Positions 38,988 to 52,320 of a stretch of DNA of 64,000 nt are shown in pieces. Below the pieces are notes generated by a model that made no database searches, was not told the origin of the DNA, and saw nothing but the letters and a program-made list of their open reading frames with translations. Both the position numbers and the translations under genes were made by a program. Source of the stretch: Vicugna vicugna (lineage: Eukaryota); the NCBI GenBank assembly GCA_013265495.1, contig MU058687.1, forward strand, positions 1,674,001-1,738,000. Direction: 5' to 3'. Each line of letters begins with the position of its first letter. The stretch's first letter is position 1.

Positions 38988-41900
38988 ATTTAATTCTTTT
39001 AAAGTATCTTCTCTGTCCTAGCAGTGGGACCCGGAAAAGGTAGAGTAGGGGTAGATGTGTCATGTATGGGGTCATGTGGTCTGAGCTATTTCCTATATGT
39101 GCAGAAACGAACTTTCTGAGGGGTCTTTCACATTGGAAAATCCTTAAATTCAGTCTGGACTAAAAACTGTGCAGTAAACACTGATCGCCAGATCTTTTGT
39201 GCAGAAGAAACCCAGGATCTGGTTATGATACAGTAACAACTACCACCCCAGGCCCAGGCTGCAAGTCCCATTACCTGGCCCTGCATCACTCTGGAGGCCT
39301 CTTACCCTGGCTTTCTTGGGACAGGAGGCCTCAGTCACATGCCTGGGCTCTCTGTCTTCTTGTCTGTGTTCTGACCTTGGCCTGAAGGCTCCTGTCCAAC
39401 AGCTTTTCCTTCAGCTCCATGCCAGGAGCGCCAGTGTTGTTTGAGTCTCATAGACGACACTCGTTTGGGTTTGGATTTTAGCTGCCAAATGGAATTGCTA
39501 TTGAAAGTCAACTGTGGTGCAAGTTTGCCTTTTATTTTCTTAGACATGAGTCAAAAAGAATAGGATCATTCCCAGCTCATCTGGGACTTTTTTTTTCCTC
39601 TTGGAACGCTCTTTTGCCCCAGTGATTTGTTATTTTAAAACCGACATCATAAAGAATAGAAAAGTTAAACTTCCCTTGGTGGGGCTGAGAACCCTGTGCC
39701 CCAACTCTTCCCTGGATGCTGTGTCTCATAAAGGGGGTGACAAGTCTTGAGAGAATGCATTTGGCAGGCCCTCCTCCCTCCCACCTCTCCCTGGGCTGAC
39801 TCCCTCGAGACCCCCTGCATAGATCAAAGTACTTGGCAGGACCCTCTGCCTGCCCCCTCCCCCTCAGCGAAGCTTTGGAATGAGTCTGAATCTTTGAGGT
39901 ATTTGGTGGAGGTGCCAGACAGGAGCCTGGGAGGATGCCAGCAGGCACCAGGGGAGCTGGCACCATGCGGACATAATGGGAAAATACTCCCATTTCACTC
40001 CCAAACTGGAATTTTATCACCTTTTACCCAGACCTACAAACCATGTAGTTAATACTCTTCTCTCTCTCCTTACACACAAGGCCTAACCAGCCCCTCTTTT
40101 CCATACCTGGATCCTTTCCCATGGAATATGTGACCCATTAGCCAACGGGATGAAGTAACTCTTTCCAAGGCTGCTGCCTGCTTTCCTTTTAGATTTGGAG
40201 GAGGGAGAGGGAGTGCTCAGGCGGAGGGTCTGAACAGAGCTGATGTGAGTGGGTAAGGGGGGTGCTGGGGACAGGGGCGGAGTTAGGTGTGAGGACCAAA
40301 TGAAAACATCTTTCCCTGTCTTCCTGCTGGAATGAGAAGGGCCTTTTATTAAAAATTCCTTGTAACCTTTTGGAAAATATCTGCAAATAGCAACTTGTAC
40401 CATTACGAGGACAGGATGAAGGATAGAAAAAGCCTGACTTTTATGCACTACTGAGGAGAGGAGCGTGAGCCCCTACGGTTGGAAGCATCTTGGCTGATTG
40501 GCTAACGTGGTCTCGTAATGATGCGCTCTTTAACTCTGGAAATACAGCATAAAGGACAGAGTTGTTTGCTCCAGCTCCTTCAGTAACCATGACTAAATGC
40601 CATATTTTCCCAATTTAGTGTATTCAAATTGAGAGGAAAGATCTGGTGTTTTCTGATTAAGGTATGAATTTGATTAGGAAAATCAAATTCAGTCATCCTT
40701 GTCTCACACATCTTCCATGGTGAATAGAATATTAATCTTTTCTCTGAGATTTTGAACTATCAGGAGAGTATTTAGGGCTCTGCCTCTGCTCACTCCTGTA
40801 TTTGTGAAGATAATTCTGTGCAGCCCTCTTATTTCTGTTTGTCTCTATGTTATCTCACGTGCTTTCCAGTTTTTCTCACTGTTCAACAAACAATTAAGGG
40901 AGTCCCCGTTGCGTGCCAGGTGCTGCCACTCCTTAAAACCTTTTGAAGAAGAGGGTTTGTCTCCTAACTCTTTTGTATCTTCATTATCACCCAGTGCACT
41001 GTTCTGAGCAGGATGGCATGTGACCTGCCGTGATGAATGCTGTCGAGTTATGGACCTTAGTAAACAGAACCACATAGATACTCTTGAGTATGCAATAATA
41101 ATAACGTATTTGTTGAGCATTTACTGTGTGCCTACCACTGCACCTTCCAAATATAACCTCATTTAGTCTTTATAAGAACCCTAAGAGATAGATACTATTC
41201 TTTCTTTAGTAATTGAAGATTTCAACTCAGGTCTCGCTGATTCTAGAGCCTGCATTCTTAACCACTGCACCATTCTACCATACAATAACTTAATAGATAC
41301 CATGAGCTTTAATCTTAACATCAAATTAGAAAAATGGATGGGTTTCCAGCTTTCCCAGCAATTCAGATTCTTGCTTTAGCATACTTTGGAGGGCAATTTG
41401 AGCTTAGAACTGACATCATTTAAAATAAGTTAATTTGGAATGACTGAAAAGGAAACAGGTTTGAAGATATCAAAAAGGTTTTATGAGTTGCTCATCAGTA
41501 TTACAGTATGCAAAAAAACTGAACCCAAACCATTCTTTTCTTCTGTGAACTTACAATTTAATTCCTAACACAGATAGAAATGAGAGGTAAAGACCATTGA
41601 ACACATATTAAAGTTACCTAAATAATGTAAGAGATTATGTTATGCAAAACTCAAAGGACAAATGTATTTGATGAGATAGGGAAGAGAGGACACGGGCGTG
41701 GACATTAGGTGTGTCATGGATTGAAGGTCATTAACAGTGGATTCTCTGGATCCCAGGACAGTTGGGTGGTCTCTTGTAGCCTGTAGGTGTTACTCAGTAG
41801 AGAAAGAGCTGCAGTTGTTTGATTTTAGGTTTGGAACACTGCCTGCAGCTTGCTGCTGTGTACTGTGATTGCATCAGTTCTTACAGACTAAGCTGACTCA

Positions 41901-43414
41901 AAATAGAAATAGTACGTGTGAGAAACTGATCGAGAAATGTAAGGGAGTCAGGAGATGGTGTGGGTGACCAAGTCCATGAGTGTGAATCAGTAGTGATGTT
42001 CTGGTGTCCACATGATGCATAGAGATGGCATGTGAAACTCGTGTTGTGGGTTTGAGATAGCAGCAGTGGGAAATGAGAGGGGAGTCTCATTATCTTGACT
42101 CTGGAATTGCTCATCATGATTGTGTATGATGTTATGGGTCACAAAATTATCTTGTTTTATGATAACTGTAGTACTTGGGAGAGCAAATGCATTATTATAA
42201 AGGCAAACTTTTGAATTTGGGGTCCATTTTTTAGATCAGAACTTTGGAGAAAGCTGTGAATATTGCTTAAGAATTACACTTCTAGGGCAGACTGCCTGGG
42301 TTCAAATGCCACTCTGTCACTTATTAGCTGTGTGCCTTTGAGCAGATTCCTAACCCTCTCTGATTATTCCCTCGTCTGTCATATTGGATGGTGATATACT
42401 TACCTTGTGGGGTTGAACGAGGATGAAATGAAATAATACTTGTGAAGGATTAGAACAGCGCTTGGCATATAGCAAATGTTTGGTATTAATTGATACAATT
42501 TTTTTCCTGCAAATGTTGTTAGTTATTTCTGTTGCTCCTACTATAGTTATTGTCATCATGGTTATCATTGTAGCCATTTCCTCTTTGCAGTCCTTTTGTC
42601 CTATATGGATTATGGTGATTGACAGCTGATTTTTCTGTCTTAATCTCACTTAGACATGTTCTGTTCCAGATATTTTCATTTTACTGTTTACTTAATCAAG
42701 AATCCACAAGAATATCGTGCCTCCCACCATGTTCAGTCTAGATTCCTCTTGCCAGAGGTTCAGATCCTTTGCCAGTGGGATCTTCCCTCCTCATTGTCTA
42801 ACCAGACTTTTCATTATTTCCCAGGTCAGTCTTTTAGCCCCAGGTCAGTGAATCTGGCCACTCTCTTTTCTCCTGGACTTTGCGCCTGCTGTCTTTCCAT
42901 GCCGGCCTTCTTGCCTTTCCCCTTGTGCATGATAGCTTTCAGCACTCCCTCCTGAACCTCCTCTTCCAGGACAAGCCTTCTGTGACTGGTCCCACCACAC
43001 TGGTCTGCACTTCACTCTGCAGCCTCATGTATTGTACTTGTAGGGATGCTGCTTTGTGTTCTTTTAGATGATGTATTTTGCTGTCCCTCTACCTAAATGT
43101 CACACTCTTGGGATTAGAGGTTAGGCTCTGTGAGGGCAGAGATTGTATCTCTTCATGACTGTATCCTCGGTGCCTTATACAGTATCCAGCAATACTCATC
43201 ATTACTTATTGTGTAGACAACTCTTTTTGCATTCAAAAAAGTCTTCAAGAGATCTAGTTCGGTCTTTGCATTCAATGGCATAGAAAGCACTATTGAGTGA
43301 ATCAGTGAAACATCCATCCCATTTCACAGGGGAGATGTCAGGATCCATTGTGGAAGGATCTGTAAGTTCTTTGAGCAACTTGATGAAAGCCTTCATGTAA
43401 GAATAACGGTAATA

Positions 43415-43565
43415 GCAGAGAGGGTATAGCTTAGTGGTTGAGCTCACGCTTAGCAGTATGCACAAAGTGCTGGTTCAATCCCCAGTACCTCCATTAAAAA
43501 GATAAGTAAGTAAGTAAATAAATAAATAAGTAATAAACCTAATCTCCACCCCCCACAAAAGAATA
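43415..43565 (+). mobile_element. tRNA-Ala-derived SINE
   Basis: gggtatagcttagtggttgagc...ggttcaatccccagtacctcc followed by a (TAAG/TAAA)n tail. Confidence 0.9.
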
Positions 43566-43623
43566 GAATAATGGCAGTATTTAAAAATTTCCAACATACT
43601 TTACGTTGGGAGAAAGTAAGTTT

Positions 43624-44350
43624 CTTTTTTAACTGAAGTTCAATTGATTTACACTGTTGTGTGATTCAGTTATACATTTTTATGTATATATGTATCTTTT
43701 CTTTTCCATTATAGGTTACTGCAAGATATTGAATGTAGTTCCCTGTGCTCTGCAGTAGGAGTTTGTTGTTTATCTATTTTATATATAGCAGTTTGTATCT
43801 GCTAATCCCAAACTCTTAATTTATCCCCTCCTCTTCCACTTTGGTAACCATAAGTTTGTTTTCTATGTCTGTGAGTCTCTTTCTGTTTTGTAAATAAATT
43901 CATTTGTATCTTTTTTTTTCTCTTAGATTCCACATATAAGTGATATCATAATATTTGTCTTTGTCTGACTTACTTCACTTAGTATGGTAATTTCTAGGTC
44001 CATTTGTGTTGCTGCAGATGGCATTATTCTATTCTTTTAATGGCTGAATAGTATTCCATTGTGTATATATTTATATATATAAATACATATACCACATCTT
44101 CTTTTTCCAGCCATCTGTTGATGGGCATTTAGGTTGCTTCCTTGTCTTGGCTATTGTAAATAGTGCTGCTGTGAACATTGGGGTTCATGTATCTTTTTGA
44201 ATTAAGAGTTTTCTCTGTGTGTATGGCCAGGAGTGAGATTGCTGGATCATATGTTAACTCTATTTTTAGGTTTTTAAGGAATCTTCATACTGTTTTCCAT
44301 AGTGGCTGCACCAAATTACATTCCCACCAACAATGTAGGAGAGTTCCCTT
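43624..44350 (-). mobile_element. 5'-truncated young L1 insertion
   Basis: Antisense L1 3' UTR and ORF2 end; 14-bp TSD gagaaag(t/c)aagttt at 43610-43623 and 44351-44364. Confidence 0.92.
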
Positions 44351-44691
44351 GAGAAAGCAAGTTTTTATTTATTTTTTAAGTAGCTTTTATTTTCTGGGCG
44401 TGTAAATATTTAATATCATGTATATAATCTTTGAAGCTGTTTAGGCTCTATTTATTATGTGAGAGGGGCTGTGTAAATTTCTTTTTTCCCTATTATAACT
44501 AGATACCCATGGTGTTTATGGAAGTGGTGTGTTATATGGCCAATTACTATGTGGGGAGCTTGAAGGAAAGCTTTTCTTATAGTTAGTTTTCCACATTATT
44601 GTTTCTAAAAGGTTAAGAACTTTGCTTCCTTATTATAAGTGAAGATTCCTTTGCATTTCTACCCTTTCACTTTTTTCTCTTTACTCAATAG

Positions 44692-44796
<105 letters not shown>

Positions 44797-45128
44797 TGAT
44801 CTTACTGAATTTTTCTTGTTTTAAAATATTTTTATAGTCTTCTCTAGTAAGTCTTAATTAAGCTAGTGTGAAATTCTTGGCAACTGTGACTCCAGAGATA
44901 AGGCTGGTTCCTTACCTAGCTCATAGGATTATTTTGAAGATGATCAAAAAGAGAGTGCTTAATAGGTTATATGATAATAAATGTGCATGCAAGCTGTAAG
45001 GTATGTATATATGTATAGTAGAATTATTGTTTATTCTCAGAAGGCAAGGTGTGTGGGCAGTCTTTGTTATGTTGCCCTGTCCATTCTGTAACAGAAAACA
45101 AATGAACTCAGTGTTCCTGTACACCTAA

Positions 45129-45227
<99 letters not shown>

Positions 45228-48087
45228 TAAGAGGCCTGTGCCCGGGGTGTTACTAGAGTGGGCCCTTCAGTGGTATATCAAGATCAGGTTGTTTTTTCTA
45301 TCGTGTTCAACTCAGGAGAATAGAGGGTCTCCAGATGGGCTTCAGATGCAGAAATACAGTCTTAACTATTTTACAACCTCACCTGCATATCCACACATAT
45401 GAACAAGCACGTGTCTGTAAACACACACCTTTTGCAGCCAGGATCCAGGATCACGTTGTATTTTCATGAAACGGAAATTGGTGTGAAGATGCTGGGACTG
45501 CTGTTCTTCACAAATGACCTAGAAAAGGAAGAAAAATCCCCACTTGTATACCAGTTATATACCAGATATTTATCTTAATGCCCACAACAAGCTTAAAGTT
45601 GATGCATTTTTGCACTTGAGGAAACTGAGACTTAACGAGAGTTAAGGGAACTTGAAGTCACTTTTCTGAGATCTTCCAGCTGACTGATGATAGTGGGATG
45701 GGAGTTTGAACTCCTGGATCTGACTCCAGAGCTGAAGACTTGAGCTGTTTCATGTCCTCTTGTATTTAGGGTGGGGGAGAGTTAGCTGCTCTTTTTTTTC
45801 ACCTATAAGTCTGTAATATATTTTACAGTGGTTATAGATATTATTCTGTTTTTCTTGAGGTGCTGTTTAGGCTTTAAGGTAGTGTGACTTACAAAATTAA
45901 GTTCCAGTTATAATAATTTGAAGTTTCATTTCCCATATCCACAGGATTTTACTGGTGACAGTATTTTCCTAGACCCTTTAAATTGTTTAAAATGAGTACA
46001 TGTGCTTGTGTTCTTTTCCTCCACAAAACTAATGTATATATATTTATACGTACACATATACATACATGTATCTATTTCCCCCACAAAACCAATATATAAT
46101 ACATATATATTTTACCAAGTAGCTTGTTCTGAAGCTCCTTTTATGCATAGTCTCCTTATAGAGCATAGCAGTTTAGCAGGTGGTTTGCTAAAAAGCATGG
46201 TCTGTATGTTTCTTTTAGAAAACGTACTTCAGAGATGGGAAATACCTTGATAAAAGAAGGCTACCTATTTAATTATAGGTGCTTTGACACATATTACTGT
46301 ACTCTGACAACTGTTATTTTAGAGTTGTATTTTAATTATTTCATATACTCACAAATTTTTTTATACGTCCTGTGACTAGAGTCAGGGTGAGAATGTCAAC
46401 CAGATTCTAGTTGGTTGAGCCATGTCTTGCCTTTACCTCTAGGTGGCAGTGACAGCATTTCTAAGCCCTGTCATATTCTTTGCTAAGATTTATGATTTTG
46501 AACCCCGGGAACTCCGAAGGCCACTGAAGCTCCCAAGATTTGGTCTCTGGTTCTTTGAAAGTTGAGGAGGGGGAAAACTAAAGCAGTTTTAAAAACTACA
46601 ACCTCAGTTTGAGGTAAACTGGGCACAAACTGACTATGAATTCGAGTCAGATCTTAATAGGACAGAAGTTTTCTAGTGTTTTTAGACACATGTACTCTCA
46701 TATTTTGAATTACAGGGATAAAAGCTGGGTCCTCATATTGTCTAGAACAAAAAGAAGGTGAATTATACCCCTTACTTGTGCCCAGGTGTCTAAGGTGCTG
46801 AGGATCCTCCATCTTGTAATTTAGGACACCTGCACGCTCCCTCATGTGCATCACCAGCTTCTTTGCCCTCCTCCCTCCACTCATCCTCATCCAGCTTGTC
46901 TCCTGTACCCTTCTTGGGAACTGAGCATGTCCCGCCGTAGGTTGGACTTCTTGAGTAGGGAAAAGACCTCAAAGTTATGCTCGTGATTTCTCAAGAATAT
47001 CACAGCAGTATGCTCTGCATATTATTCCGAAGGCATTTCACCCACAGTATTAATAGCCCTCTCTATTGGTAACATTTGGCATAGTTTTAAAACCTCAATG
47101 GTTCGGATGCAAGATGAGAGCAATACCAATATTTATTATAGGATTTACTACAGACGTGCAAGTGCTTTGGCTATTGGCTGTGTGTTGGAAGTCAGAACGC
47201 ACTGAATTGAGTAACTCTGTTCTCTTGCCTCCAACAGGAACTTAGTATACATATGAATAAAAAGATGGATGCTGTTTCTCAGAATAACTTGGAAAACAAC
47301 TTTTTACAAACTTGGGCCAACTGGAACCCCAAAATATGAATTTTCAGGGTTTTGGCTCATTTTACCTAAAAATATAGGGGAATATAAAAGCTTTACAAAA
47401 GGACAGTACACGATGACAGGCTAGTAGCCGGGCCTGTGAGGGTGTGTCGCTCTGCACAGTAACTTCCATGTGCCTTCATTTCTGTGTCTTAAGCACTGTG
47501 CATCTTGGCATCCATCTGCTTCTTTTTAATCCTTAGAATCCTCTCAACTGTGTCATTACATTCAGTAGTCTACAGCATCCCCGGATCTGCAGCCGCTAGT
47601 AATCTTGTGTCACGTGGGTTTTATATAGACATTGCTGGAGATAATCAGTTCGGGATGAGATCACTAGACCGTTTTACTTTGAGGCTCGACAAGGAAAACC
47701 ATAATCTTTGCTAAAGAGACAGAACTGGCAGCAGTGTAATTGGTTTCCTTCTTTGGAAAAGAACGGTCTTATCTCACATCACTTCTGTTTGGGGCCTCAA
47801 AATTCATGCTCAGGTGACAGAAAGATTAAGTTCTTTTCACAGGACAGTTCTGTGAGATGAGAATTTTGTGAAAGTTCTTTAACCTTCCTGTATTTACTAA
47901 AGAGGCCCTGCCTAGTTTCTTTATAAACTAATAATTTCATTTTTTTCTTGTTGTTTTATTAATATAGGAAGTAGAAAAAGTCTCATTATTTTCTTGTGGG
48001 CAACATGTTGATACGTTTTAAAAAATTGTCTTAGTGGTATTTGAGTCCAGCATCTTGCCCCTTCCTACTTCTGTTTCACGAGTGCGT

Positions 48088-48115
48088 TGCTGTTTTGCGC
48101 CAGCAGGGGGCACTC
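48088..48115 (+). promoter_or_regulatory. Candidate CTCF site with upstream module
   Basis: Core CCAGCAGGGGGCAC at 48100-48113, preceded at 6-bp spacing by TGCTGT. Confidence 0.65.
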
Positions 48116-49682
48116 AAGTTTCCAGAAAGGGGTGCTGTTCTCTACCAAAATGGTGTAGGTTCTTTTTCCTGTCAGAGGTGGAATCCAAAAAGACTTTGTC
48201 CTGGATTTTACAGTTTTAGGTGGCTCCAGTATGTGGTCTAAATGATTTGATGAGGCCCTTTTTGAGACAAAGCGAATAGCCAAATTTTCACTGAAACAGG
48301 AAAAATAAAAAGTTGAAAAAAATTAAACAAAATTGAGTTGAAAACCAAATGTGTTGTCAGAGACACAAAGATAGGTAGCACTAGCAACCTGGGGGAGATG
48401 AAAGTGCTGGTCCCCTGGCCCGGGGAGCTCCGCCCACGTGGTGGAGGTGGGAGGAGGGGACAGTGAGAAGGCTCCGGTCGGGACTGCCTCTCTTCAGCCT
48501 CAGCCGTATTATTCAGTGGAAATTCAGAAAAGATCCCAAAGCATTTGTAATGCCTCTCCCTTCCTCCCCACCCCCAGTTCCTTCTTCAGTAGCCTTCCTT
48601 GCTAATTAACACTGGCTCCGCAGGGATATTTACCTTTTCTCTGCTGGATTCCTGTGGTTTTGAAAGAATTCAGGTACTTGCCGGTTGCCAAGGAATTCAG
48701 ATTACCTCACAGGCTGCACACTGTCCAGAATCTGCCACAGCAGCAAGAGGGGGAAGAGACACCAAGAAGGGGGAGAAAACCCTCTCCAGTGCTCATTGTC
48801 ACCCTCCCTGGCAGGCCCTGGCTGTTTGTGAAGTTTGAGTCATTTCTGGCTCAAAAGACCAGGGGATCAGGCTGGTAATCCCCTCCCAGACGGCCCCGTG
48901 GGGCGCTGCCCAGTCACTGCAGCACTTTGGCAGTCTCCAGGCCGCAGCTGGCTGACAGCAGATCAGAGAGCTCTTGGGCCTCTTGTTCTCTTCCATGAGA
49001 TTTTTCTGGGTCAGGCCAGGATGAAACCCAGTGGCTCCTGGCAAGGCTGCCTGAGGTGCCGTCTCTTCATCCTCCAGGCCTTTTTGGCTCTGAGTGGCTA
49101 CACCTGCTGAAAGATAACTCATGGGCCACAGCCAGGGTCTCCTCAGAGCTGGCCTCCCCTTACTTTGTACGTTTGTAGTGAATGTTTGTTGGAATATGTA
49201 GCTATCAAAGTGAGGTGTGGGGTGCAGTTTGACTGTCCTACAGCTAGACTCTCTATGACTCTGACGGAGATTCTCAGGAGAACAAAGTCATTTTTAAATG
49301 GGGGAAGAGAGTTGAAAAGATCCCACTAAGTTGGCACTTTCCTTCCCGGCTGAGTTCCATATTGGTAAAGTTCTGAACAAGCAGTGCAGGTGTAATTTCA
49401 GTTAATGCTTATCAGGTGCCTACTCTATGTCTAACATCGAGAGCCTTCCTTCACATAGACACTCAAGAGTTTTAGACAGATATTCCATTGTCTTGATTCT
49501 CAGTGAGAACCATTAGAAAGCAAAAAGGAAATGCAGCTTTTGATTTAAGAATTTATTGCCAGAATAAAGATAATTCATATATGTTTCAATGTGGCAAAAG
49601 AAGAAATGGGGATATAGTTCTCTATTCATCAGTAGGTTGTGAACTCATACCCAGGGTTTTAGATTTGACAAAGAAAGTAGAG

Positions 49683-49742
49683 CCCCCTTCTCTTCCTCCC
49701 TCCCTCCTTTTATCCCTCCCTTCCTTCCTTCCTTCTTTCCTT
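49683..49742. repeat. CT-rich low-complexity / (CCTT)n tract
   Basis: cctccctccctcc...ccttccttccttcc. Confidence 0.8.
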
Positions 49743-50123
49743 TTGGCTTAAAGATCAAAGTGATGAAATTCTTTCATGAGAGCTTTTCCTAAATCGTTAT
49801 TTCATTAAGAGGAGTGTCAAGACTCAATTCATCAATAAATTTCAGCATGTGTTAGGAGAAGTAACTGCAAACTTGGTCCTGGGCGACCTAGTAGAGAATT
49901 ACCTCTTTTAAGTTGTTTCTAATAAAGAAATTGTTGAAGCTTTCAGACCTAAATAGGATGAAATTTGGTGTGTGAAGATCTAAATCAAGAGTCACAAACT
50001 TAAATGCTCACAAGAACATTCACTAAAGAAATTGTCCAGGTGGAGACTGGAGAACCAGAGATCACATGTCCTACCTAAAGGGCATTTACTATTCAGAAGC
50101 AGCAAGTCACTGATGTGTGGTAG

Positions 50124-50450
50124 TGCTGTGATCTGAATGTGTCCCCCCCAATTCATATGTTGAAATCCCAACCCCAAAGGTGATGAGACTAGGAGGTGGG
50201 AACTTTGGGAGGTGATTAGGTCATGAGGGTGGCACCCTCTTGAATGTGATTAGTGCCCTTTTATAAAAGAGGGCCCAGAGGGATTCCTCACCCCTCCACT
50301 CCATTAGGACACAGCAGGAAGGTCCTGTCTGTCTGCTTGATTCTTGATGTTGGACTTCCAGCCTCCAGAACTATGAGGCATAAATTTCTGTTGTTTATAA
50401 GCTGCATAGTAGGTGGTATTTTGTTACAGCAGCCTGAATGGACTGAGGCA
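50124..50450 (+). mobile_element. MLT1A-type MaLR solo LTR
   Basis: TG...CA termini, characteristic aattcatatgttgaaatcc and ccagcctccagaact blocks, 5-bp TSD ggtag/ggtgg. Confidence 0.88.
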
Positions 50451-50514
50451 GGTGGTGTTGCCAGATCTTCTGGTTTTTTAAGGGAGGCTGAAAAATCTAG
50501 ATTTTAAAGGGCAC

Positions 50515-52320
50515 TTGTTTTTAGGCTTTTAATTTTGAAACCATTTCAAAGTTACAGAAAAGCTGTAAATATGGTAAGAAGAACTGCCTTTTACCTTTCA
50601 TCTAGAGATCACATTCAGATTTGCTAACTGTTCTAATGTTTGTTTTTTAATTTTCACTTTTTGTTCATATTGAATTGGGATGTAAACAAGATCCATGCAG
50701 ATTGGTTAACATGTTTTTTAAGTGTTTTCTAATTTATAGATTCACCCTCCATCTCTCTTTGTTTTTGCTTTTTTGTTGTTGTTGTTATTGTTGTTATAGA
50801 ATCCAATCATTTTTCCTGAAGAATCTGTTACAGGCTGTGTTGTGGAGTTCATCTCCATAATGCTAACGTGCTCTGTTGTTCTATTTCATGTACATTGGTA
50901 ATTGTCATACTCAGGTTTGGTGTTTTCTCAGACTACTTTATTGGTGGTGATGTATTCTGCCAATAGAAGATACATAATTTCCAATTTCCTGTCTCGTTAT
51001 AATAGCAATTGAAAACCATTAATTAGATGCATTAATTCATTAGAGGTTACGGAAGGCAATATACTAGTTCTGTCATTTTTTTCTTCAATCATTAGTGTAA
51101 ATACTTCTATAAAGAGAAACTTATCTTCAACTCTTTGGTTGCCCTAAGAAGTAATGTTCTTTAGAACAGAAGGCTCCAAACCTAGGGTCATGTATTTAGT
51201 TGTTGGGTCTCTTTAGTCTCCTTTGCTTTGAAACATTTGCTCAGTCTTTCATTGACTTTCATCACTGCAGCAATTTTGAAGATTTAGGCCAGTCATTTTG
51301 TGGCCCTTAATTTGAGTTTGTCAGATATTTTTTCATAATTAGACACAGTTTATGTATTTTTAGCCAGAAGGTCACAGAAGTGATACTGGGTTCTTCCTGC
51401 ATTGCATTTGATGGCACATGATAACTATTTAGTGGTATTGACCACTCGACTAAGACAGTCTGCCAGATTTCTCCACTGTAAAGTTACTTTGTTTTCCCCT
51501 CTGTAATTCATAAATATACTATGGAGAGATACTTCGAGACCATGTAAAATCTCATTCCTCATTTCATTTTCACCCAACAATTTTAATATCCATTGATGTT
51601 TCTTGCCTGGATGAACTGTTACTGTGATGGTTGTCGAATGAGGATTTTGTAATCCTGTCATTCCTTTTACTTTTACTGTTTGGCATTTTACTCCCAGGAA
51701 GAGTTTTCTCTCCATCCATTCATTTATTTATTTATGTACACCAATGTGGACTGAAGGATTCCTATGTTATTTAATGGGTTATAATCCTTTACTGTCATAA
51801 TTTATTTTGATGCTCAAATTATCCCAGATTTATCCAATGGGAGCTCCTTTAAGCTGACTTTTGTGTCCTTTTAACATGTCCCCTCATTCTTTGAGCACAA
51901 GATAGTTCAGGCTTGTTGTCTTCTTTCTCTGCCTCAGCGCTGAATCAGCGATTTTCTTCGTGGAGCAGTGGTTGCTTTTAATGGAGAATAGCATTTAGAA
52001 ATCAAGACCCGGGTGCTAGATATGCTCATTCTTCTGGGGTGTCTCTGCTCTCAGGTCCTCACAATGGAAATATATGTATGGATATACATACAGGTACACG
52101 TATATACACATTTACATCTATGCTTCTTTCTATATCTCTCTGTTGAAAATCAGGAGTTCATACTGAAACCTCCAATTCTAGCTCAAGACTACAGGGTTCA
52201 TTCCAGCCTTTTCCCTTTCCATATTTTTTGTCTCTTTTCTCCAATAGTGAGAAATTGGACCTCCATTATCTTCAGCGTATTTATTTATTTGCTCAGTTCA
52301 CTCACATGCAGCCTCCCCTC
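50515..52320 (-). mobile_element. Old L1MC-type 3' region fragments
   Basis: ttttaattttgaaaccatttcaaagttacagaaaagctg start and tctgccagatttctccactgtaaagttac block; similar to 22440-23020. Confidence 0.7.

Noticed and set aside
43415..43495. tRNA-Ala gene
   Set aside because: The stems are degenerate, an A-rich tail follows, and four further diverged copies have TSDs; this is a SINE head.
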